Shown here in pieces: positions 53,520 through 64,000 of a stretch of 64,000 nucleotides of DNA. Under the pieces are notes generated by a model. It was not told where the DNA came from. It made no database searches and was given only the letters and a program-made list of their open reading frames with translations. This DNA comes from Octopus sinensis (lineage: Eukaryota), in the NCBI RefSeq assembly GCF_006345805.1, contig NC_043007.1, positions 34,162,001 through 34,226,000 of the forward strand, written 5' to 3'. How positions within the stretch are numbered: position 1 is the stretch's first letter; the number at the start of each line of letters is the position of its first letter. Made by a program: the position numbers and the translations under genes.

Positions 53520-54053
53520 GGTGTGAGTGCTTGTCTTTGTATGTCTGTTTGTCTTTCAGTCTGTTATCTGTCCGTCTGTCTCTCTGTTATCTGTCCATCT
53601 GTCTGTCTGCCTGTCTGTCTGTATTTTGTATGTACGTGTGCATGTATGTATCTATGTATGTATGTATGTATGTATGTATGTATGTGTGTGTGTATGTATG
53701 TATGTATGTTTGTATGTATGTACGTATGTATGCATGTATGTATGTATGTATGTATGTATGTATGTATGTATGTATGTATGTATGTATGTGTGTATGTATG
53801 TGTATATATGTATGTATGTGTATATATGTATGTATGTTTGTATGTATGTATGTATGTATGTACGTATGTATGTATGTACGTATGTATGTATGTATGTATG
53901 TGTATGTATGTATGTATGTATGTATGTATGTTTGTATGTGTGTATGTAAGTACGTATGTATGTATGCTTGTATGTGTGTATGTATGTATGTATGTATGTA
54001 TGTGTGTGTATGTATGTATGTATGTATTATGTATGTATGTGTATGTACGTGTG

Positions 54054-54084
<31 letters not shown>

Positions 54085-54592
54085 GTATGTATGTATGTAT
54101 GTGTATGTATGTGTGTGTATGTATGTATGTATGTATGTTTGTATGTATGTATGTATGTGTATGTACGTGTGTGTGTATGTATGTATGTATGTATGTATGT
54201 ATTATGTATGTGTGTGTGTATGTATGCGTACATACTTCTGTGTAGTCGCTCACGTTCGCTCGGCAGCAGCTGTTGTCCTTACTCATGATGCTGCTGCTGA
54301 TGATGATGACGATGATGACGACGACGATGACGACAGTGGTGTTGATAATGATGATAATGATGGAACCGATGATGATGAAATGGGGATGATAGTAAGTTGG
54401 AAAATTAAAATATGTCAGTGCAATGTCCAGTTTGTAATTGTAAGCTGTTTCAACTGCTGCTGCAGCTACACCTCCTCCCACTCCTCTTCATCCTACTACT
54501 ACTACTACTGCTACTATTACTACTACTTCTGCTGCTGCTGCTGCTGTTGTTGCTAACTATTATTATAATTACTGCTGCTACAACTACAGTTG

Positions 54593-54650
<58 letters not shown>

Positions 54651-54660
54651 GGGATTGGTG
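53470..54660. repeat. Compound microsatellite (TG, TCTG, TATG, GAT, TAC, TGC)
   Basis: Direct reading; source of the 363-, 305- and 258-aa spurious ORFs. Confidence 0.95.
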
Positions 54661-55036
54661 GTGGTAGTGCTGCTACTGAAAGATAAGAGGAAATGATGAC
54701 CTCAGTGGGATTTGAACTCAGAAGAAATATAGCAAGCATCCTTTTTTTTACCGATGCTTTAACGATTCTGCCAAATAACTATGAAGTGCATAAAATAAAA
54801 GCTTAAATTAGGTCTACAAAATCTCACTATTATATCATGGCATGACATGCCCCTACTTGGCCAATAATTAAAAAGGCTGAACAGCATGGAAGTAAACAAG
54901 GAAAATTTGCTATGTGGGCTCAGAACCGCTAAACTCAAAGTTGAGACTGAAGGTTTTGTTGACTGTATCACACGATTAATGTCTCCTCGTCTGAAAGTAT
55001 TAAAAACATAATATAATAACTAAAGTACACACATTT

Positions 55037-55585
55037 CCGTGGAGGCGCGTGGTATAGTGGTTAGGGTGTCGAACTCCTGATCGTAAGGTTGTGGTTTCGA
55101 TTCCTGGACCCGGGCGATACGTAATGTTCTTGAGCAAAACACTTCATTTTCACATTGCTCCAGTCCACTCAGCTGGCAAAAATTAGTAATCCTGCGACGG
55201 ACCAGCGTCCCGTCCAGGTGGGGAATTTCTACACCACTGAAGCCGGAAAACCGGCCCTTATGAGCCTCGCATGGCTCGAGAAGGAATATTTATTTTGTGG
55301 AGGCACATGGCCTAGTGGTTAGAGCAGCGGACTCGTGGTCGAGGGATCGCGGGTTCGAATCTCAGGCCGGGCGATGTGTGTGTGTTTATGAGCGAAACAC
55401 CTAAGCTCGACGCGAATTTCTGCTGACTCTTTCGCCACAACTTTCTCTCACTCTTTCCTCCTGCATCTTGAAGCTCACCTGCGACGGACCGGCGTCCCTT
55501 CCAGGTGGGGAAACTATACTACAAGGAAACCGGGGAAACCGGCCCTTATGAGCCAGGCGTGGCTCGAGAAGGAACAAACAACAAA
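55037..55585 (+). mobile_element. Head-to-tail pair of family C-type SINEs with tail c
   Basis: Two tRNA heads (gtggaggcgc.., gtggaggcac..), each ending ccctta tgagcc..tggctcgagaaggaa. Flanks acacacatttccg / acacacctttccg. Confidence 0.85.
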
Positions 55586-56099
55586 ACACACCTTTCCGCA
55601 CATCGAAGTTGCAAGGAAATTCGATAAGCTGATAGCTTCTCTATATCTGACAATTAGCAACTGGAGCTGTTACACATGCGAATAAAAACCCAAATTGAAG
55701 GAGTGGAACAAGTATAATGCACGCTATATATGCTTCTTAACTAGCTGAACCTCACGATGTAACAGTTATCCAATGAGTAATGCTCACCGAAGCTAAAAAT
55801 TAAGTTGGGATTATCTTAGAGAAAGGAAGGATACATTATCGTTTGTAATTTTCAAGTCAGCTCCACCGCAGTGATGCGTTCAGCCTGATGGCTAGATACG
55901 TTGAAAATTATTCGTTACGTAATTATTAGATCATGAGGTTCAGTAAGTTAAGAAACATATGTAGGGTGTATTTTACCAATTCCACTCCCTTAATTTGGAA
56001 TTCTGTTTGCTTGTGAAACTGTAATATATGCAGTATATACCAAAGTATAAGTATATGTAGATAAACAACAACTATATTGTCTCTGGTAGCCGACATTTA

Positions 56100-56595
56100 C
56101 CGTAAATCCTCGAGTATAATTCGCATATTTTTCCCAAAATTTATAGGTCAAAATCCCTAGTGCATACTATATACGAACTTAAAAATGAAAAATATTTCCT
56201 AAGCAATGCCCGAGTCTCTATTTGCTGTCCGGCAATGTTTATTCAGACGCATTTTGTGATGTCGAGCGCGAAAATACTTTAAACTAAGCCCGAAAGCAAT
56301 GAAGTCATAAAAGAATCACCCAATTGCAGTAAGCAACATATATTTAAATAAAAGTATTCAGAACCAGAATAACATGTAACAAAAACAATTTGCAAACATA
56401 TTTACATTCCCATTGTTGTATTATGCATGCGCGAATGTGTTTGTTCGACAATGGTGCTGCTGGCTTAATTACGCACGACCCAAGTTAGAGAAGTGGTGCG
56501 TATTATACATAAGGTTTAGGTTTTTCAGAGGTACAGCCCCCCAAAAATCCCCTGCGTATTATACTCAAGGGCGGAATATACTCGAGGATTTACGG
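56100..56595. mobile_element. Tc1/mariner-superfamily MITE (CCGTA-type TIR)
   Basis: ccgtaaatcctcgagtata / tatactcgaggatttacgg, perfect 19-bp TIR; TA on both sides. Confidence 0.9.
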
Positions 56596-57000
56596 TAATC
56601 AAAAAATATATCATCAGACATAGGGTGTACTCTAGGACTTACGGGCATTTGAAGTTATATTAGGAAATTATGAAATCTCAACTGAAACTAAATGATGTAA
56701 GTATTACACTAGATAAGGTTTGGGAAAATGAGAGAAAAATCATACTTTTGGAGATGTTAAAACACAGATTCGGGTAGATCAAGGAGAACAGATTAGATAT
56801 TGTTTTCAAGGAACACCAAGAAATGAAGTGCCCCCTTGTCGTTGTATCAGATGAAGACATGGTATAAAAGAATCTCTCAAAAATATATGTACATATACCT
56901 TCACATATACATATGAGATAAACAGATATACAGACATACGGACATTCAGATAGTTGGATGGAGACATGGAAACAAGTCTCTCTCTGTTTTCCCTTCTCTG

Positions 57001-57058
<58 letters not shown>

Positions 57059-57079
57059 ATATATATATATAAGCAAGAA

Positions 57080-57139
<60 letters not shown>

Positions 57140-57141
57140 GC

Positions 57142-57187
<46 letters not shown>

Positions 57188-57785
57188 ATAGATAAATAGA
57201 TAGATAGATAAATAGATAGATAAATATATATGTTTCTTTATTAGCCACACAGGGCTGCACACAGACAGAACAAATTACAAGGTAGAGCTTTTCTTTTGGG
57301 AGTAAAAAAAGGGGGTTTGGTTTTCGATCAAAAGGGATCGTAAAAGGAAAGAAAGAGGACAAAAAAGAGGGGGATAAAATAAAAATAAATTTTAAAAAAG
57401 AGGGAAGGGAAAGGAAAAAATTATCAATAGGGATCGTTATCACAGAAATGTCAATATGAAGTGTAAAGGGGAGGACAGGTGAGGTTTACCCGTGGAAAGA
57501 AAAGCCTACGGAAAATACCACGGTAACCTCGGTCAATGAAGTCACATGTTATATTTCTTTTTCTTTTTTTTGCAAATAAACAACTCTCTGTATTAATTTT
57601 TATGGTTCATAGAATCATAGTCAAGGTGGCTTCGTCATTCATACGTGCCATCCTTGCTACATTCACCCATCCTTTTTTAAAACATTCACTAGACAAAACT
57701 TGCCTCTCTACTCTCACTTTCCTCTTCAAGTGATACTTGAAGAAGTTGATGAGAGATTGACCAGAGAGGAAAGTGAGATAGATAA

Positions 57786-57894
<109 letters not shown>

Positions 57895-58484
57895 GTGACA
57901 TCAGAAATGATGGCACAATATTGATTATAAATAACACGTCGCATCAAAACGACAGGTAAAACTTTGATAGCTTTCTTACGTATGGTCTTCACACTATATG
58001 TGAAATATGCACTTTGGTCTTTGTCGAAAGGTCAAGTACAATAATTAGTAAATATTGTAATGTATATCACTTAGGAAAATGGCGAGTGGCAACAGTTTAT
58101 ATTATATGAACAATTATCTTTCTTTTTCCTGTGACTTAACACCTTTTTACTGGTCTACTGAACGTCTTAATTATCGTACTAAAAAATTAATGATATATTT
58201 GAAATATTATACTATTATTAACAAGGCATTAAAAATTTACATGTAATTACCACTATCAAGAATTTCTCTGATCATAATATTCATAATAAAATTGCAAGAT
58301 CTAGAGAGGGTGGGGAATATGTACGTCATAAAACCCGGTAAAGCTACACTATGAGCTTATGGCTCGGGAAGGACTTTAATCATTTTCTGTTATACACACA
58401 CACATACACACACACACACATACACACATACACATATATATATAGACGCAGGTGGGGTTATAGGTGCAGGCATGGCTATAGGTG

Positions 58485-58646
58485 CTAGCGTGGTTGTGCG
58501 GTAAGAGAGCTTGTCTCCGAACCACAAGGTTCCAGGTTCAGTTCCAGTGCATAACACCTTGGGCAAGTGTCTTCTATTATGACCTGAGACCACCCAAAGC
58601 CTTCTGAGTGGATTTGGTAAACAGAAAGTGAAAGAAGCCCCTCGTA

Positions 58647-58650
<4 letters not shown>
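58485..58650 (+). mobile_element. SINE family B head
   Basis: gtgcggtaag...accttgggcaagtgtcttc...gaaagaagcccctcg followed by (TA)n. Confidence 0.75.
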
Positions 58651-58684
<34 letters not shown>

Positions 58685-58752
58685 CATACATGCATACATA
58701 CATACATACATACATACATATGTATGGATATATATATACATATACACACACA

Positions 58753-58825
<73 letters not shown>

Positions 58826-59126
58826 ACATATATGCTTGACTCGACTTTTCGTCCGATGTTACTTTGTCCAACGTCACTTCGTCCACTTGACGTCTTTTTT
58901 TCGATGATATTTTGTCCAAAGATTTTTGTCCAATTTTAAAAAAAATTCTTCAGAAAACAAGGTGACCATGAAAATCAAATAATCATCGAGAATTTTAATG
59001 ATAAGATTCAAGTAAAATACTGTGGAATAATGTATTTAAAAAGAGTCCTTTTCTAATAAGTAATAAGATACAAACAATGATTTATTATGATCACTTAAAA
59101 CTGATGCAAATTATATGCCCCACTCT

Positions 59127-59346
59127 GGCAGAAACGTTAGCACGCCGGGCGAAATGCGTAGCCGTATTTCGTCTGCCGTTACGTTCTGAGTTCAAATTCC
59201 GCCGAGGTCGACTTTGCCTTTCATCCTTTCGGGGTCGATAAATTAAGTACCAGTTACGCACTGGGGTCGATGTAATCGACTTAATCCCTCTGTCTGTCCT
59301 TGTTTGTCCCCTCTATGTTTAGCCCTTTGTGGGTAGTAAAGAAATG
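59127..59346 (+). mobile_element. SINE family A inserted in the MULE
   Basis: 15-bp TSD tatatgccccactct at 59112-59126 and 59347-59361. Confidence 0.95.
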
Positions 59347-60206
59347 TATATGCCCCACTCTTCAGGAAATCGATTTTTCTTGTTGACCCATATTCAATAA
59401 TCAATCTTTTGAAGCGTTCAGTTATTCTTCGATATCGTGGACATGAATTTGATGGGTCTCTTCGAAGAATTTTAGTCATTTTACCATGAATGAATCCTTC
59501 CTCTTCCTTTAGAGTTTTTATTTATTTCCAAATATTCAAATGTGCTTCACCCGCCGAACGCTTTATTGCAGAATGAAACTCCCCCGCAACATGATCTGTT
59601 CAGGGAAGATCTCGAAGAATACGCTGATTAACATTCCATACAGTTATAGGGAATGTAGGTGGTTCTCACCGTCTAGCGCCACGTCCTCTCACAACGCCTG
59701 TGTAAGTCAAGTCGAAGTCAGCGATGAATTCAGCAAATATTTTTTCATCGTCTATTAATTCTTCATAGGATTCTTCGATTCGACATCTTCAACGGGTAGG
59801 AAGGCTAATGCTGAAAAACATCGAATTTTAAGATAGAATTCTGAGTCTTTATTATATTTTTCTTTGGGGGTCTAAATCTGTAATTTTTCGAAATATTGAT
59901 TGGCTCATATGAAACAAATATGCCATGATAGATGAATTAGGGAATGAGGCATTAAATGCCTTATGAACTGCATCTTCGAAATCCGCCATGTGAACAAGCG
60001 GATATGCATTACGCTGCATAATTTTTAATTGCTCGAAAAATTATTCGTATGTCTGCTTTGTTTTTATCGGCAGTAATGCAAAGACTCGTGGAAAACTGCT
60101 ACCTTTCAGTTGTATATAAATGCTAAACAGTTGAAACAACTGCTCTCGAGCAATTTTGAATGTTCCATCACATGCCTATTGACGATATGGTGTTATATCT
60201 TGAATA

Positions 60207-60499
60207 ACGTGGAGGCGCAATGGTCCAGTGGTTAGGGCAGCGGACTTGCGGTCGTCGGATCGCGGTTTCGATTCCCAGACCGGGCGTTGTGAGTGTTTAT
60301 TGAGCGAGGCTCCGGCAGGGAGTGGTGGTGATCCCTGCTGTACTCTTTTGCCGTAACTTTCTCTCACTCTTTCTTCTGTTGGCCTGCTCGCTTAGCCAGC
60401 GAGGTGGCGTCATTTGAAGGCTAAAACAATGCGAAGCGCATTGTGACCAGCGATGTGTAGCAACATCTGATAGCCTGGTCGGTCACGGTGATTACGGTG
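60207..60499 (+). mobile_element. SINE family C with tail b inserted in the MULE
   Basis: 10-bp TSD atcttgaata at 60197-60206 and 60500-60509. Confidence 0.92.
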
Positions 60500-61691
60500 A
60501 TCTTGAATAGCACCTCCAGAACAAGCAGAATTATACAGAAAAACCCGAAGCAGTATTAGAGCAACATTAAAAGAAAACGCCAAAATGTATTTCACCCTCT
60601 TTACAGACAAATATCACATGCACGCAGATATAACTACAAATCAATCAAATCAATAGATTTGTTGGCGCCGATCACTGCAGTGGGATGCACAGCACCCAGA
60701 ATAGTTGCAGAGGGTCGGCATTTATCGGGCTATGATCGATTTTTATTTATATCTAAACTGTGACCACCGCATATAGGAATAGAATAAACTACATAAACTG
60801 CAATGTGAGGTGGTGAATCTTCTGATTCCATCCCGGTCACTTTGCTGTCTCTTTCCTTGTCACGGGACTACTTCATCAGGATTTACCAGACGACCACACA
60901 AAAACAAGATGTGAACCAGTAATGAAATCTCTAACGCGGTCGATCGACCTTTTAGAAATTCCATTTAAATCTTCCACCAGATACAATGCTCACTACATTT
61001 AAAGTAAATGACCGAATAAATATTCAAGATAAAACTCATTAATATAATTTCAACGTTGATCTATCAACATGTTGTGTTGCTAACATGTCAGCATAAAAGC
61101 CGATTATACATCGTACTGGTTTTCTTATAGACACAAGTCAAATCTGATGTAATTTGCGAGTATTGTAGCCGCATGAAAGCCTACGTCAAGCATTTCTTCT
61201 GTACTTACCCTATCATATATCCTCCAAGTCATTTTCATTCAATTTACTGCAATTCATTGTTGGGTTTTCTCATGCATAGTCGACAGGGGAGTGGTTATAT
61301 GTTGCGGACTCCGTATTTTTTGATTCATTAACGAAGTTAAGTTAATCACCCCCTGACTCACTTTCACTCGCCTTACTCTCATCCCTCCCTCGCTTCTGCT
61401 ATCTCTCTCTGTCTCTCTCTCGCTCTCTCCCTGTTTTTATTTGTCTCTGTCACATCCACACTTAATTTGTGTGTATGTGTGTATATATACACGCATACGT
61501 ACATATCATTTATATTATTATATGCAAGATATATAGTTTAAAACCTATGGAATATCTGGATATGCATATAAATGCATATGATACATACGGATACGCACAG
61601 ATGTACATTCATATACATGTATTTATAGATATATATATATATATTTACATGCATACATAAATATATATATATATAATATATATATATTATA

Positions 61692-61724
<33 letters not shown>

Positions 61725-61855
61725 TATATATATGTATGTTATATATATATATATGTACATAATATATATATATACATATATGTATAATTATATATATTAC
61801 ATATATGTAGATATATATATATGTAATATATATATATATATATACATATATGTAC

Positions 61856-61932
<77 letters not shown>

Positions 61933-61935
<3 letters not shown>

Positions 61936-63572
61936 GTTAGTTAGTTAGTTAATTTGGCTCAAAAGCAAATAGCAAGGCCATGTAGGGGGACATGGAGTTA
62001 AGTACAGGGTGGTGTTCATGTAAAGAGTTCAGGCCACTTGAGGTCCAGGGAGGCTTTGAACAAAGCGGTCGTCGGCATCTTCACCATCTCGTCTGGCGGC
62101 TTGTTCCACGGATCCGCAACCCGGACGGAGAAAGCTCCTCTCCTTCGATTGAGATGAATCGTCGCAGGTAGAGCTTTTTCGGATGACCCGCAGCCGACGC
62201 TCTGAGCAGCAGAGTGAAGAACAGCTCTTTCGAGAGGTTACACTTTCCGCTTGATGTTGTGGGGCGAGAATGAGATCACCACGGCGGCGGCGTTTTTTCA
62301 AGAGAATAAAGGTCGAGCGTCCTCAGCTTTTCTTCGTAGGACAAATTTTGAGACCATGAACCATGCGGGTAGCCAGCTTCTGGACTCTTTCGAGATGCTG
62401 TATGTCTTTGAGGAGATAAGAAGAGGCTTGAATCCCATACTCCAATATGGGTCTCACCAACGTGACATAGAGTGGTAGGAATATGGCTGCTGTGAGCATT
62501 CCGAATGACCGTCGAATCAAGAACAGAATTCCGCGTGCTTTGTTGGCAGCATGGACGCACTGGGCCGAAGGCGAAAGGAGGAATCCACCAAGATACCCAG
62601 GTCCTTTACCTGATCGGTCCTCTCCAGCAGCAGACGACCCGGCTCGAAATCAAGTTGAGTTGCAGGAGTAGAGCCGACAGGCAGATGACAGCACTTTGAC
62701 ACGTTCAGACACAGGTCCCAATCGTTAGACCACTTCCAATTTGGTGGAGGCATCGACGAAGATCCTCTATATTACCGCGAGGAGCGACCAGTTGATATCG
62801 TCGGCAAATAGAAGGGTGTGTTGCGTGAGGTCGTCGGGCAAGTCATTTGAAGACTAAGAACAAGGGCCCAAGCACTGAACCTTGAGGCACGCCACTGCTC
62901 GCACTGGAGACGTCGGACCGCGAACCATTAACTTGGACTTGAAGGGAGCAATCTGAGAGGAAGGCACCAACCCATCGTACAATATCCGGATGGAACTATA
63001 TGCTTGAAGCTTGACAAGTAATAGGCGGTGTTTACCGATCAAAAGCTTTGGCAAAGTCCAATAAAACGATGTTAACAGCATCACTATCATCGAGGATGCG
63101 CGTCACCAATTCTTCCATACTAGTAAGTTGGTCAAGCATGATCTCTTCGCACGCACGAAGCCGTGTTGGGAATCAGAGATAGAGGCTGTGTTTAGGAGGT
63201 GGAGCATCATACTTTTCTTAAGGATGGTTTCGAACATCTTGCTGATTATTGATGTAAGGGAACCGGTCGGTAGTTAAGCGGGTCTTCGCGGCTCCCTTTC
63301 TTGAAATTGGCAGATTATCGCTGTTCTCCAGTCTGCAGGTATAACACCCGTCGCCAATGACATACTGAATAGTCGTGTTAAGGGCTCGCAGATGACCGGA
63401 GCCAACGCTTTGATAACCCGTGGGTGTATGCCGTCAGGGCCGTGACCCTTGTTGACATCGAGGCCTTGAATAACACGTTTGACTTCGTCCCGCGTGATGA
63501 CCAATCGAAGCATTGGAGGTACCGATCTATCAAACGTAGGGGGTTCACGACCATCATCTTGTTTGTGTGACT
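61933..63572 (-). mobile_element. 5'-truncated CR1-clade LINE (degenerate reverse transcriptase)
   Basis: Minus frames: LDVNKGHGPDGIHPRVIK..WRTAII, NYRPVSL, SQHGF, LDFAKAFD, QGSVLGP, LFADD, YVTLVRPILEYG, LERVQKLATRM, RRRGDLI, FSVRVADPWN. Short 3' UTR and (TAAC)n tail. Confidence 0.93.
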
Positions 63573-64000
63573 ATGTGTGTGTGTGCGCATGCGTGCACGT
63601 TGGATTGTGTGAGAGTGACTGAAATATAAGAAAAAGAAAGCAATCCGAAAAACTGTATAATATGTTAACCTTTTGAAAATGGCGTGTTTCCATCGAATTA
63701 GACTAATTCACCAATCACGACAGAGAAATGACACGAGTGAGATAAATAGAATATATTTAAAAATCCTAAAGTGACACACCACCTCAAACAGCAAGAAAGG
63801 GCACCACCGTGATCATCACAAGCGAAAACAACAACACAAACAACAGGGAAACATGACCTGCTGCATTTATAACACATCACGAAATGCTAACTAGTAAATA
63901 CTGGCCAAGGATTGGATGGAGGCTTACGAAAAGGATAAAGCATTACTTCGATATCCGGCAACTTCCAGAAGTACTACAAGGGTACCTACTCTTAACCACA

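Larger units (their letters stand above)
58838..60560 (-). pseudogene. Degenerate MULE (Mutator-like) transposase with terminal repeat region
   Basis: Minus frames give ACDGTFKIAREQLFQLFSIY..FPRVFALLPIKTKQTY..FFEQLK..MADFEDAVHKAFNASFP..YLFHMSQS (MULE domain), with stops and frameshifts. (c)gtcca repeats at 58845-58935. Confidence 0.85.

Noticed and set aside
53465-54556. 363-aa and other long ORFs (MYVC/HTYI/IYIY/LSIY/poly-I types, throughout the window)
   Set aside because: Translations of TATG, TA, GATA and AAT microsatellites; no coding evidence.
60835-60890. Minus-strand ctgatga...gaaa motif
   Set aside because: No closing stem II pair next to the core and no stem III.

Overview
AT-rich animal genomic DNA, almost entirely repeats. 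From recalled SINE sequences it is most likely an octopus (coleoid cephalopod); this is inferred, not searched. There is one 100-N scaffold gap. No host protein-coding gene can be supported, and most ORFs in the track are translations of microsatellites. Recognisable content: several tRNA-derived SINE families (many copies, some with clear TSDs), a near-intact mariner (DD34D) element, Tc1/mariner and MULE transposase remnants, RTE and CR1 LINE fragments, MITEs, a ~550-bp repeat that sits in (AAT)n tracts, and a ~645-bp satellite array that flips orientation midway. The most interesting signal is a set of hammerhead-ribozyme-like motifs with palindromic stem III inside inverted repeats that resemble Penelope-like element termini. 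One has a swapped G3-C8 core pair (GUGANCA, 7.2 kb) and one has a canonical core with a 41-nt insert in stem II (16.2 kb). All structures were folded by eye and need computational and experimental checks.
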